A DNA stretch of 63,989 bases, filler included, from Phoronis australis (GCA_002633005.1; 7 parts of 7 records of this genome joined end to end with filler, not necessarily neighbours in it); one strand, 5' to 3'; counted from the first letter of the whole stretch, positions 39,401-51,350 are shown. Notes: generated by a model not told the origin, from the sequence alone. Program-made: numbers and translations.

Positions 39401-42400
39401 TGGATTTTAAGTTAGCACAGCCGCTAACCTGTCAATAATTTTTCATGATAGGAAACGGGCTATTGACTGATTGCTGGTGTCTGGGGATGATTGAACACTC
39501 TGCTGAGACTCAGACCTGACACAGACCCACATTCAGTGTACTCGGCGGCTTGCCTTCCTGGGAGGAGTGATGCATAGAAGGCCTTGCTTCAGGTTTCCCA
39601 GGCATTGTGTTTGATATCAGCACATTATTCGTGTTTGAAGCGGACAATGTAAATTCACAGAATAAATTTACAAATCAGAAAACTCTGAAGGGAAAATAGA
39701 AGTTAAAGTACCCTCAAATCTCGTTAATATTTTGAAGATTACATAATACTTTCAACATAAAACGATAAATAAAAGTACAAGTTATGCAAAAAGCCCACAT
39801 GTTCTCTTGTTTACAAGTCAACATCCATCCCATAATGCATTTGAAAAATGACAACAGTGGCGTGGATGAAATCCCTGCATTACCGATCATTTTGTCTTCA
39901 GCATTGGCTGAAGCTACACCCACTGTCGAACTGGTGATTACGACATTTTGCTTGAGGTGTAAGGTCAGAGGTCATTGTGTTCCAGCTGTTAACTGAAGGC
40001 ACAGCTTCTTAAATTGTTTGAGGGTATACTGCAACTTTACCTACAGAGTACTCATTCATGTCAATGGTTGATTTCTTACTAAGAGTGTGGCCATCACAGA
40101 GACACAGTAGAATGTCATCCTAACTGATGATTACGACCATGTTTTTTAAACTTACCTGGACAGGGGAGTCCCTGCAATTCTTGCCACCCCACAAGCCCTT
40201 GTAGGGGTCAGGGTTCATAGTCTGTAACAGAACGACTTGGTAATTCCAGGAGCAAACGCATAAAATGATATGAGAATTCTAATTCGATCCCACTGCTTTT
40301 GTATGCCTCGTACAAGCCACTAGTTTCATTAAGTATTCATTAATCATCAAACTGTGAATTCCGTTATCCCATTTCTTTTATGTTGGTGACTAAACATCAT
40401 TCATTTTTCAACAAATAGAACGTTTTTGGAAAATGGTTCTGAATTAGGAGTTGCCCATTATAATCTAACAGAAGCATCAAGTCAAAAGGAATCAAATGAT
40501 TTTCTTCTCATATTTAAAGAATGATGTACGGTAGCTGAATAAAGAAGAGTGAAAGTAATTAGTAAAGGCTAAAACACAATCAGGTTTGTGCAAGCACAAC
40601 TCAAAGGAATACATACAAATGACATTATGTAATCTTTAAATACCTGATGCAAACCAAAGCCATTTGGGAAATTGTAGTGCCAGGTTGACAGGGCCGTCAG
40701 TCCCATGGTATAGGGGCTGGCCCCATGATAGGCATTTCTGAAAGGAAGAACAACAAAAAACTTATTTAAGACCACTTGATAATTTTTCAGAATTATGTTT
40801 AAAAAACAGACATATCTACACAAAATTACTCTTTCCAATAATGATGAATCCCTACTTCTTCACCAGTTTAGTACGCATAATGGTGGATTACTGAATTTCA
40901 ATTCTTCGTATTTCTTAAGACATAAACATCAACACAGCAAATTTCATAGGACACAACAGGTCCAGATAATACGCAGTGGGACAAAATTGAATGTTTACTA
41001 CCAATGCAGTCTGCAGTCCTCCTCAGAATGATGGCTGATGGTTATGTAATATGAAATTCGCGTTGTTAATTATTCACCAATAGGATGCAAATTTTCGATG
41101 AAAAATAAACATTACATTTAATTTTGCACACTTGTAAGAACAGTGTGCATTGAAGAGCATCACAGAACAACACTGTTGGAAATTGGATTATTAGTAGAAC
41201 GATAGTCATCTTTTGAAGAATACGAGAGGAAGTACTGTTCACACAGACTGTAACAGTTACACTTGGTGTTACTGAGTGTGTAACCATCACATACAAACAT
41301 GTGGACGTATAAAAATTGAGCAAAAGTTCACAGATTGTGTATAAAGCTTCACTGTCACATCTCTAGCTCAGTTGACCTATCGCCAGGATTTTGAGTGATG
41401 GATTAACTGACCAATCACAGCACACCATTCTTGGCACACCTTCGTTTCCAAGCCCATTACCGTTTGTTTTTCGGCGGAGCTTGCGATAAGTCAATTTAGA
41501 GCTGTTTGTGGTATGACTTGAGCTAATTTGTACTGAAAAAGGGACTGAAGCTCTAATAAACATTGAGAGTTTTACTAAAATATGTGATTTAATCTGTACC
41601 TATCAGGCAACATGCCACCAAAACTGCTGGTGCATTCAGTACTGAAGAATCACATACAACGTTAATCCATCATCTGCAACTAGACACAAGACTTAATAGC
41701 AAAGAACCACCCAGTGTCTAAAAAACACCCTGTGCCCAGAGAACCACCCTGTGCCCACAGAACCGCTCTGTGCCAAAAGAACCACATTGTGCCCAAAGAA
41801 CCACCCTGGAATAAATAGAATTGAAGAACCTACCTGAGAGATATGATATCAAAACATCCTGTGTGCAAGCGAGCCATCATCATAGCTAGATCGTTGGCCT
41901 CTGAACCACTGTTAGTGAAATATACCACCTGTGAATATAGTCACAGCAATCAAAATTTACAGTAATCCTCATGACCTATAAGTTGCTTTTACAAAATCTA
42001 ATTACACCTCACTCACATGGACCACCTACAGACAGCACACACCCTTTGTATTTCCAATGCAATAAACCTAATCTAGTGGAAATAATTACAGGCGCAGTAC
42101 TTTCTCAAGTCCAGTCCACACACAGCCTACCCTAGGACAACTTGCACTTGTGCAACTCACCCCACTTTTAAGTGGAGCATCACATACACATACCCGATGA
42201 CTAGGGTAAGGTGGAAGTTGTCACTGTGCGTGACAATGAATAATACCTACTGCAAATGTAGCATTCAAAAGAAAACCCGTCTGTATGTAACCGCCGCTGA
42301 TAATTACTTCCACCCTGCCCCAGGTTTGCAGCCACACAGAAAGTAGAAGTGGCGCAAGTTACCCTAGAACAAGTTAGTCACAAGAATGGTAAGTTGCACA

Positions 42401-44598
42401 AGCTTAAATAGCGTCCACACAGTCCTCAAACCTAGCAACAACTCGTTCAGGAGTAATTTGTTCTAGGGTAAGTCTGTGTCTGGACAGCACATAACAAAAA
42501 TTTATACGCTGAATTAACTCTGGCATGTCTTTATGAATAGGCTCGACTTGCTGCTTGGCTGGAGCCTACCTTGCTGTCCCCAAAATTCCTTTGATGTTCT
42601 AAGAGACAAAAGCACCTCACCAAGCCTAGTTTTGGTGTAACAAGTTCTGTAAGCGCTATTCCCATGTAAAGTTTAGTTATTTTGCAAGAAAATAATTTCC
42701 AAAATTGTAATTTCTCTGTTTTTCAAAGGCTGAATACCACAAATTATCAAAATTCCACAAGGTGTACAAAACTATATATCACGCGAGAACTGAGGAAGGC
42801 CCTAATGATGCAAAAAGAGGATCAGATTAGAGAAACAAGTCCATATGCTTAAAATATATTTACCAACTGAAATCTAATTCGATTTAATTTTAAAAACTAC
42901 AGTACACGTAGGCGGCACAAAACAAATGCTCACATCCAATCCAGGCGGTAATTTGGCCACAAGTTTCTCTGCGTATTCGTGAATACCAGGATGTAAGTAA
43001 ATATTGGTGGTATGCCACAGTTTATTCATCTGATCCACGGCTGCCTTTGTTACCTTTCTGCAAAATTAATATGAGATATCAAGATGACAAGCAAAAAATC
43101 TCAATTCTGTTCAGTGTTACCATCCATGATAACTTTGAAACAATTCAATTTAAAATAAAACACTGTAGAAATCTAACCAAACCATGCCAAGTTAGTATAC
43201 TTTTCTTTCTGTAAAAAGGATATTTTAGGCCACAATTTATCAGTTTCAATTTATCTTCACTATACTGAAGTCTATAACTCCAAACGAACATACTGTGAAT
43301 TGCCTTTTTTCTCATAAAAACCACAAATGTCACCATGAGGGTTGGGAAGAAGAGATTAGACTGACACACACCCATTTAACTGCAATAGCTGGCTATAAGG
43401 GCCAACGCAATTTTTACATTAAAATTGTTATATATTTATTTTAACTAAACCACCTTTCTATAGCTCCTATGAACAAACTTCAAGTCAACAAATACTTGAT
43501 TGAGAGCACATCCTGTGAAAAACCAATTTTGGGTTAGAAATTATTTTTAGGTCACAGCAACTAAACTATGTTATAACTGTGTCGCAGTTGGAACTACTCT
43601 CACAGACAGTTGTAACAGTTACAACTCAGGTTCCCCATTTTAGTGACTAATGGTGAGTGACATTGAATTTGTTTCATATGCACAAAGGATTATAACCTTT
43701 AGAGCAATGCTGACCGTTAATACCACGTTATAATAACTGCTGATTAAATCACTTTCATACAGTTATAACCATGCTAGTTATAATGTTTACGACCAGTTAC
43801 TAAAACACCTAAACACATAATAGTTCAAATCGAATTATAGATGTTTACTTGTAACCACTATGGTGTGAACAAAATAAACATGATACATAAACATAAAGAG
43901 ACGCAAACATTTCCAAGCCTAGTCAGCACGCCACCTATTGGCCACATCACGCGACCAAAAAATATAAATCTGAAAAGATTTCCGCCCCAGCCAGGACTCA
44001 AACCTGGGACCTTCTGCTAACTATGCACAGTCACACGATGTGGCCAACAGGTGGCATGCTGACCAGACTTAGAAATGTTTGCAACACACATGTCCATGCT
44101 GGTTTAAGATTTATAACATTCAGACAGTAAACACAGAGTATATGCTCTTAACGTCACTTACGGGTGACAGTGACCCACACTGATAGTGACGATTCCCGCA
44201 AACAAGTCAAGATAGCGTCGCCCATTCACATCAAACAGCCACTGCATGTAGCCTTGGTCAATCATTATTGGCTTTTTGTAATAGGTCAGGATGCCTGGCA
44301 TCAAATTTGTCTTACGCACCTCCATGGCCCGGTCGTAGCTCATCGCCTAGGACACGAGGAATAACACCACTAAAAATGCGGACAGCAATAGCTAGTTGTT
44401 AACAAATGTAGACAACACCAAAATGTTATATTTGGTTTCTCCAATTAAATAATATTAACATGATTTAGTAATTAAACTCTCTGGTATTAAGTTTCTGCTA
44501 TTCTATTGAACTCACAGTGTAAGGTTTTGGCTGGAAGTCACATGGCGGCATTTCCGGCAAGGAGGCAGTGCCACTGTATGCACATCTCTGAATAACAC
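33349..44598 (-). CDS. AGXT2: Alanine--glyoxylate aminotransferase 2, mitochondrial (multi-exon; first and last coding exons not located)
   Basis: Twelve GT-AG exons join in consistent phase: 44516-44598, 44162-44346, 42934-43057, 41834-41928, 40644-40737, 40156-40221, 38591-38722, 37397-37489, 36887-36959, 35743-35891, 34877-35026, 33349-33447. The translation has class-III aminotransferase/AGXT2 motifs: [70 protein letters not shown] (PLP lysine), [19 protein letters not shown]. Confidence 0.95.
33459..33608. repeat. 50-bp unit x3 tandem repeat
   Basis: Three near-identical copies of atgtcactcatgacttcaagagaagcagtgacacctagcacactatgtta. Confidence 0.95.
34877..35026 (-). CDS. AGXT2: AGXT2 coding exon (VIEEDG...[18 protein letters not shown])
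   Basis: ctgcag acceptor, gtaagt donor; 150 bp. Confidence 0.95.
35743..35891 (-). CDS. AGXT2: AGXT2 coding exon with PLP lysine ([15 protein letters not shown]...AVLD)
   Basis: tttcag acceptor, gtaagt donor; 149 bp. Confidence 0.95.
36887..36959 (-). CDS. AGXT2: AGXT2 coding exon ([24 protein letters not shown])
   Basis: atcag acceptor, gtgagt donor; 73 bp; part of the class-III PLP attachment signature. Confidence 0.94.
37397..37489 (-). CDS. AGXT2: AGXT2 coding exon ([12 protein letters not shown]...GGVCISDE)
   Basis: tatag acceptor, gtatga donor; 93 bp. Confidence 0.93.
38591..38722 (-). CDS. AGXT2: AGXT2 coding exon ([16 protein letters not shown]...FFLESIQ)
   Basis: ctccag acceptor, gtttgt donor; 132 bp, phase 0 to 0. 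Confidence 0.92.
40156..40221 (-). CDS. AGXT2: AGXT2 coding exon ([22 protein letters not shown])
   Basis: ttacag acceptor, gtaagt donor; 66 bp; WGGxxCRDSPVQ is characteristic of AGXT2. Confidence 0.93.
40644..40737 (-). CDS. AGXT2: AGXT2 coding exon ([14 protein letters not shown]...HQ)
   Basis: ttcag acceptor, gtattt donor; 94 bp; YHG motif. Confidence 0.93.
41703..41808. repeat. 19-bp minisatellite (agaaccaccctgtgcccaa), ~5.5 copies
   Basis: Visible tandem array in an AGXT2 intron. Confidence 0.85.
41834..41928 (-). CDS. AGXT2: AGXT2 coding exon ([20 protein letters not shown]...)
   Basis: cacag acceptor, gtaggt donor; 95 bp; NSGSEAND motif. Confidence 0.93.
42108..42491. mobile_element. 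Harbinger-like MITE in an AGXT2 intron
   Basis: About 35-bp imperfect TIRs (gtccacacacagcctaccctaggacaa / ttgttctagggtaagtctgtgtctggac); TCA/TAA flanks; internal ccctag repeats. Confidence 0.55.
42934..43057 (-). CDS. AGXT2: AGXT2 coding exon ([23 protein letters not shown]...LD)
   Basis: tgcag acceptor, gtgagc donor; 124 bp, phase 2 to 0. Confidence 0.93.
43903..44082. mobile_element. 180-bp hairpin MITE enclosing a tRNA/SINE-like fragment
   Basis: About 50-bp inverted arms; the loop contains caggactcaaacctgggacct (B-box-like on the minus strand). Confidence 0.6.
44162..44346 (-). CDS. AGXT2: AGXT2 coding exon (AMSYDRAM...[18 protein letters not shown])
   Basis: cctag acceptor, gtaagt donor; 185 bp, phase 0 to 2. 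Confidence 0.93.
44516..44598 (-). CDS. AGXT2: AGXT2 coding exon ([27 protein letters not shown])
   Basis: ttacag acceptor, gtgagt donor; phase 1 to 0; MPPCDF motif. Confidence 0.85.
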
Positions 44599-46988
44599 CT
44601 GTAATGAATGATTAGTCATATGATCAGCCAAGAAAATCCCCCTACTGGGAGTTTTCCTTACTAGTGACAACATACTTTAATCATTAGTGGGAATTTCTAT
44701 TTTAATCACAAGCCGTTCAAAACTGAGGCAACAGTTAATTGTGCAAGCAGCCTGTGCTTGATACAATATGTACTACATAGGTGTATAAGGCAGGGGTGAG
44801 AGTCAGGGGGGGTCACAAAAAACGCAGAAAGTACATTGGAGAAAGGGCAGAAATCAACAAATTCATGCCGCGAATAATAAGCGACCGAGGGTGCACAGGA
44901 ATGGCAACCAAGGTTACACACCATTCCCCTAGACTGTTAAAACCAAGAAATTTTCAACATCACCATCTTATCAATCCCGTTCGATTAAACTTGACATACA
45001 AGCCTATTGTGTTGGTACACAATGTTGTGGTAGTAAGTGAGTCTGAGCTTACAGTCACACAATGGAATCAGCAGGTGAAAGATAAGTCTAATTTCTCCAA
45101 AAATCAACTGTTTTCTCCATTTAAAGTTTTTTGGAGATAGTATTTCATAAAAAAACATCTTCTGACATTTGCTGAATGCCATTTGGAAATAGTATTTTTA
45201 AATATCAGTTAGCGTCAGGCGCTGTTCACAACACAATTGCTGGATTACGTGAACTTATCAGAACACAGGTGATGAGAGCGCCAGACTTAAACATTAGTTT
45301 GCCAACCTTCTCAACTTGCTATGGCAAACTGATAATAACATGACAGTGTATCTCGACTAGCCAATCAGAACTGAGAGAAATGGGGATGCTCATCTCACAG
45401 CGCGTGTGCGCAACAAAGAGAGAACAAAATCCATGCCTAAAAGTTTACATCAATGCTACCCCATGCATTCCCATCCAGATACGGCAAGGATGCTACATGG
45501 TGCAATATATCAGATCTGCTTGTAAACTACAATTGAGAACATACGCCAAAGTTTGTACACCCACAAATAATAATCTGCTGTATACAGTCATTTAAATACA
45601 TAATAATAAGAAATGATGCAACAGCGCACTCATTACCATCATACGCCCCCATTACCTCCACGCGTCAATCAGTTGGAGGAAGTCATGTAATCACTGCCAT
45701 TTGTGAGCGCATTGTACGTGCGCGTTGTCCCATTAACAATTTCATGGAAACAGTTTTATTCATGATGCCAGCTGCCAAATATAACACTACTGTAAAAATT
45801 CTACATGAAGTTCGTGATACTCTAAAATTTGGGCCACAGAAATTCAAAAAGAATTTGAATTTTATAGATTCTGTAGATTGGGACACGGTCGATTTTGGCA
45901 TTCATCATATTTCGTAAACTTCGGATCGATAGCACCTGTGCCGTGGGACGAGTATGCCAATTTCACTTATTAGCTAGTCGAGATACAGCCATATTGGTAT
46001 CAGATTGACAGCAATAGCAAGAGGAGGAAGATGGCAAACTAGTGTTTACTTAGTCCATCTCTCTCATTGTCTCCGTTCATCTGATCACATAATCCAGCAA
46101 TTGTGTAGTAAACAGCACGCCTGACGCAAGCCAATATTTAAAAAATACTATTTCCAAACGACGTTCAACACATGACGTGAACGAGATGTGTTTTTTATGA
46201 AATGCTATCACTACAAAACGTTGAACCGTGAAAAACGGTCGACTTTCGGAGAAATTAGACTTTAACTTCCAACCGACGATTCCTTTGTGTAACTGTAAGC
46301 TCTGACTTGCTGTAAGAACATTGCGTACCAACACCACACGCTTGTTTGTCAAGTTTAATGGAACATGATTCTAGATCAGACAGGTCTTATTGGAAATTTC
46401 TTGGTTTTAACAGTCAAGGGGTATACATAATGTATTGCGTTTCATAACAATAGAGTCTAAAAATAGACATGGCAGTTCATTAAATCAACGAAAATAGCTG
46501 CCTATGCAACCTTTCCACTACATACTACAGTGTAACATACAGAGGACTGATCGTTCATCACTGATCATAATCCTTGAATTTGGTACAACCAACATTCCCT
46601 ATTTCTAAAATTTGGTGCGAGCTCTGACCTCGAGCAAAATAATTTCACTGGAGATTTTTTAATATCCGAGCACTATTAACAACTTATTGTAACATTTTAA
46701 AACAACAGGGACATTTTGCTCTTACCTAGCCATGACGTAATGTGCTGGATAGAGCAATTAGTTTTGAATATTTTTAATTACTTTTTATCGTTACATGCTC
46801 CTCTGTAATGCATTCGGTACAAATTGTTCAACTATTAAGTCTTGAAAAGTGTGCACGGGTTCCGATTATCATCTCAACGATGACTACATTGAATTTCATC
46901 TCGAAGATTGCAAAATGATGATTTTGTTAAAATCAGGATCACCCAAAGATCATCTTTCCATTCTGTAAAATTGTGAATGCTAGACTGC

Positions 46989-47096
46989 CACAAATGCTTT
47001 AAAACCATTCCAAAGAAAAGCAAAGTTTTATAAAGGGGAATGCACAAATGTTTTAAAACCATTCCAAAGAAAAGCTAAGTTTTATAAAGGGGAATG
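46989..47096. repeat. 54-bp tandem duplication
   Basis: cacaaatg(c/t)tttaaaaccattccaaagaaaagc... occurs twice. Confidence 0.9.
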
Positions 47097-47504
47097 TAAC
47101 CATTTTTACTTTCTCCATGGAAGAAACACAGAACCCTGGTTAATTATTGCTTTCCTGGTACGTTTTAATTAACATTCCAAGGAACAAAAGACAGTGATGT
47201 GAATGACACAATAAAGGACTGCGTCATCCTTCTGCATTCCACATCCATTGAGCAAATGCAAAGTCTACTTTACTTGTGTCAGTCATTCGTTGTTTGCTGT
47301 GAATTATTGCCTTTAAAGGCTAAGCTGGGTAATTTACACCTGACTACCAGACTGTATAACCCGATGGATAAGTTAACACACAGTGATTAACAGGGAAAAA
47401 AATCTCTTCAAGATAACAAGAGATCTGCATTTTCACTAAAGACAACATCAAAGACAATTGTTCCTTTTAAATACAGTGGTACATTACAATGGTAGTAAGC
47501 GTTT

Positions 47505-48091
47505 TAATAGGGGACGCAGGCATAAATGCGAAATTTATATATTTATTATTGTGATATTTAAAATGAGGGTGGCCTCTTCAGTGATAGCACTGCAAAAAAA
47601 ACAGCCACTAGGAGGCGCCACAGTAGTCGAAGTCGTCGGAAAATCATCGTCAGCTGTCGACTTTATAGTAAGAACATGTACATGCCACTTTTCACAATCA
47701 TCCATTGAGCGGTTTGCTTGATAGAGGGGTGGACGCAAACAAACTCAAAAACAGTAAAAATGGCCACCAGGTGGCACAAACTACGTCGAATCCATCTGAA
47801 AACAGGAGTATGGCTTTACCCCACTAATAGGTTCCTATATACTAAATTTTATGAAAATCCCTTCAGGACTTTTGAAGATACAAAGGTAAACGTAAAAAAC
47901 TAAAATTGCCACTAGGGGACACCGGTAGTCGGATCCGTCCGAAAGTTCCCTCATGCCGTCCCATCCACGGAAGGAACACATGTGCAAAATTTCATGACCA
48001 TACGTCAAGGCGTTTTGGAGCAGCGGACGCCGGACGGACGGACAGAGATGGCGGCATAATGCGACCACATATAAATATGTGGGCGCATAAA
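47505..48091 (+). mobile_element. Helentron-associated (HINE / DINE-1-like) non-autonomous element
   Basis: About 150-bp tandem core units (47605, 47763, 47907), a (GGAC)n microsatellite and a terminal hairpin tgcgaccacatat-aa-atatgtgggcgca. Confidence 0.7.
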
Positions 48092-48743
48092 CATGAAAAT
48101 GGCGGAGTGGTAAGCGAAAAGTAAAAAGTTGAATTTTTCGAGTGCATGCACGCACCCAACCTAAAAATGAGGGGCTTGAATTTTTGAGAATGCGGACCTT
48201 TCACAAAGAGTTACATTGATTTTTAAACTGCATTGTATGCGGATGTAGGCTACTACAGAAACCAACTGAGCCCACATACATTAATGTAAAATTGCCGACC
48301 TCTACGCACGCACACATGTCTACAACGCGAGTGGAATAAACCCAAGATGACAGCTTTATAAGTAACTGGACATCATAAACAAGATTATTTCTTAATATTA
48401 TTTACTTAAAGGCGAAGGCAACCTTTTTCCATGTCATTTTGAGCTAAAATAAGGTTGGTTGGTTATTCTAGACATATTTTTCACTTAATTACAGCTTTTC
48501 GTAATTTTATTAATTACTCGTCCGCTTTTCCGGAAGTGACGTTTTAGGAGGCAAGCGCTTCCCGCCACTTGGTTTTGCGTTGAGCTTACTGTGCGAATCT
48601 GTTCTATTCTACTTTTGTTTTGTGCTATTTTTCACCAATTGTCGCCACCACTTTCCATCGGCGAGTATTCTGCGGCAAGATAGGTTAGTAGAGAACTCAA
48701 CTGCGTTGGATTTAGGGATTGTTTAGTGTGTTGTAAGCTGAAA

Positions 48744-49016
48744 ATGGCTGGAGTCGGTGACCCGTATCACAGTGACAGTAGTGTGAGTGACGGAGACCTT
48801 GTTCACAGCAGTGGTGACGAGGAATTTTTTCACGGACATTCAGTGGGTGGGTACATGTTTGAGCCCGAGTACAACGAGGCAGAGTACACACAGGCACAGG
48901 CAGCTGTTGAGAGAAACGAGGCGGCTACTGAAGACAGACGTGGTGACACATCTTGGTGCAAATGCACTGTGTGCGTTGTTATGCCTACCTCAATTGAATG
49001 CTTGTGCTGTTCCGAG
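48744..49016 (+). pseudogene. KolX-like / P2X7 intracellular-domain-like Cys-rich ORF (5' half only)
   Basis: ATG at 48744; acidic N-terminus, YMFEPE, RRGDTSWCKCTVCVVMPTSIECLCCSE. The sequence then switches abruptly to the antisense transposase. Confidence 0.75.
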
Positions 49017-50068
49017 TTCCACATCAATTATCTTTTTGGTCTCTTCCTCCATTAGAGTGTATGTGGTATACTTGGCGGACCGCCCTGGTGAGTCAGACAA
49101 GTTCTCCTTCTCCATGAATTCCGCCACCAACTCGAGATGTTGTGACATGTATGCGTCATTGACAACTGGTATTAAATAGGAATTCTGAATGTTGTTGAAT
49201 GTTGTTTTCGAAAAAAAACTTGACTTTTCCAAAGTCCATCATTGTCTTCACCGACTGAAACGTGTTTCCAGTGAAGAGCACACCACTGGACATGGTTAAG
49301 TGGACCTCCGGCATACCACGGACAGAGGAACAACTGTCCCACTTGCCAGAGTGTCCCGTGACACACTCCCACTGGATGGTGACCTGAGCACCCAAACTGC
49401 TTACATTGTGTCGTGTGACTCCCTCGCCACACACCTGGCACCTTCTAAATAGCTCCAACACTTTAGACAAGTCCACAATAAACTTATCAAAGTTTGGCTC
49501 ACCGATCTGTTCACTGGACGACGAACTGTCCTCTTCACTGGGTGTCGAACTGGGCCTGTAATCACTCCCACTACTCAATATCGCTGCAGGGCTGCTTAGA
49601 GGCTCTGGGCTGGAGAAAACAGCACAGGGCGAATCACTACTGGTTCCAGGAATTGCACGCTCTGGGGTACGTTCGGAGGCACGGGTGACAGTAGATGAAG
49701 TGCCTCCACTGGCTCCAGTCACTGTACTGGCCACAGCTCGCGAGGCTTCTCGCTTCAAAAACGCACTTCTCGGGGGTGGCGACGGGGCACTGCCGGGAAT
49801 CAACACAGACGGAATGGCATCCTTCTTCAAGCGTTGTTTCGCGGGGACCTTCATCAGTTCAGCGTACAAATCCCTTTCGTAATCGGACGGCAGAAAGTGC
49901 TTGCCACACACACGGTAATTCTCCACTGCTTTGTACGTTGCGTGGACGGGTAACGCTGCGTTCTTCACACGAACGAGCCAAGTACGGCGAAGTGTGTCAT
50001 CCATCGGAAAGCGATGCAAAGGCACTCCCAAAGCGCGCGTGAGCCGATAATAAGCAACAGTGTGGCAT
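49015..50068 (-). pseudogene. THAP-domain Kolobok-type transposase, frameshifted and truncated
   Basis: Likely start MPHCC at 50068 is out of frame with the THAP body (HRFP...W...VCGKHF...LKKDAIPSV). This is followed by a Ser-rich linker, KFIV...LELFRRCQVC...WECVTGH...W, a +1 frameshift in the A8 run at 49211-49218, and then DSPGRSAKYTTYTLM...KIIDVEL before truncation. Confidence 0.85.
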
Positions 50069-50599
50069 GTTGACTGACTAGTAAATGAAAGCGAATGACG
50101 ACGGAACTTAACACAACCGAGGTAGAACAATGAATGACTCGGCAGCTCTCACAGTCAGACTATGTGAAAAGAAATTGGCGGGAAGTGCTTGCCTCCTAAA
50201 ACGTCACTTCCGGAAAAGCGGACGAATAATTAATAAAATTACGAAAAGCTGTAATTAAGTGAACAATATGTCTAGGATAACCAACCAACCTTATTTTAGC
50301 TCAAAATGACATGGAAAAAGGTTGCCTTCGCCTTTAAATAACACCACAAAGGAACAGGACTTCATACAGCAACTTACTGAGAAATTACATGCATGGTAGG
50401 CCTACATGATGTAACATGGCTCCTGAAATGAAGACTGCTAGTTTTGTATGTGTAGCATACGCCCCTATCTATTGTTATGTTAAGAAAATATCGTTTTCAC
50501 TGAACATTGATGTTATAACTTAACGTTATTGTTAAACTGCCCACGGAATATGCAGCACACTTTTTCAGTAGGTCATTTACCGGTTGTCGAAATTCAAAA

Positions 50600-51350
50600 T
50601 ACTTTTGAGAAGAAGTCTTCATGGATGCTATCTGGCAAATCTCGACACAACTTCTGAGAGGTCTGTTGGCATGTTGTAATGAGTTTATATCAATGCATGT
50701 GCCCAGAGACAATTTTCATTCATAAAAGCGTGTGTGAAGATGAACATGTAGAGACGTCTCAAAGCTGTTGCACTGCGTTCACATTTATTACTAGAGACTG
50801 GTAGTGTGAATGCAATATGCAAAAGCGGGTGAATGTTGTGGTACCGGATGATTCAAGTATCCTCCTCAATGTTAACTTGAAAGGAAACTGATCTTATGCC
50901 CGAAAATTTGATGCGCCATTTCAGTAACTCGTCATCAACCATGTCTGAAGATGGCAGATCTGCAGCGTATGTGGTTAAGGCCCCGATGTCTGCTGGCTCT
51001 TTGGTGGTCTTAGCAAAATGAACAAGACAAATCACATTGGTCGCTTTTCTTTGTAGCTCACTGAATTGTGTTTCGAGGTGGTTAGTCTAACGCGTGCAAT
51101 AAATTGTATTGCCACATTAATCCTGCAATACTGCTAAGGAAGTGTTTTTTTCCTCCCACTGTCGGGAATGCCTGCCTGAGCTGCATCAACGAGCCCGTTT
51201 CTTATAACATATCCGATGAGTCATGTTGCGGATGTTGGTAATGGAACATGTGACTGTGCTATTACCAGATTCAAACGAACAGTGCATATCAAAATGCTAA
51301 TGGGGTTTCCTTTCTCTACTGAGAGCCTTTGCGCTGTTCTGAGCTCCGGA
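50600..51350 (-). pseudogene. Decayed hAT transposase (C-terminal dimerisation domain)
   Basis: YHNIHPLLHIAFTLPVSSNKCERSATALRRL near 50750-50845 matches the hAT dimerisation motif (LPV-S-x-x-ERSFS); ELLKWRIKF lies upstream. Confidence 0.75.

Larger units (their letters stand above)
48410..50333. mobile_element. Kolobok-type DNA transposon, internally deleted and non-autonomous (1924 bp)
   Basis: TTAA at 48406-48409 and 50334-50337; AGG...CCT termini; 158-bp TIRs (48410-48567 / 50176-50333) with about 4 mismatches; convergent THAP-transposase and Cys-rich accessory ORFs. Confidence 0.9.

Noticed and set aside
39270-40025. Coding-looking intronic sequence in AGXT2
   Set aside because: Stops occur in the frames read, no recognisable motif is present, and the AGXT2 exons join without it.
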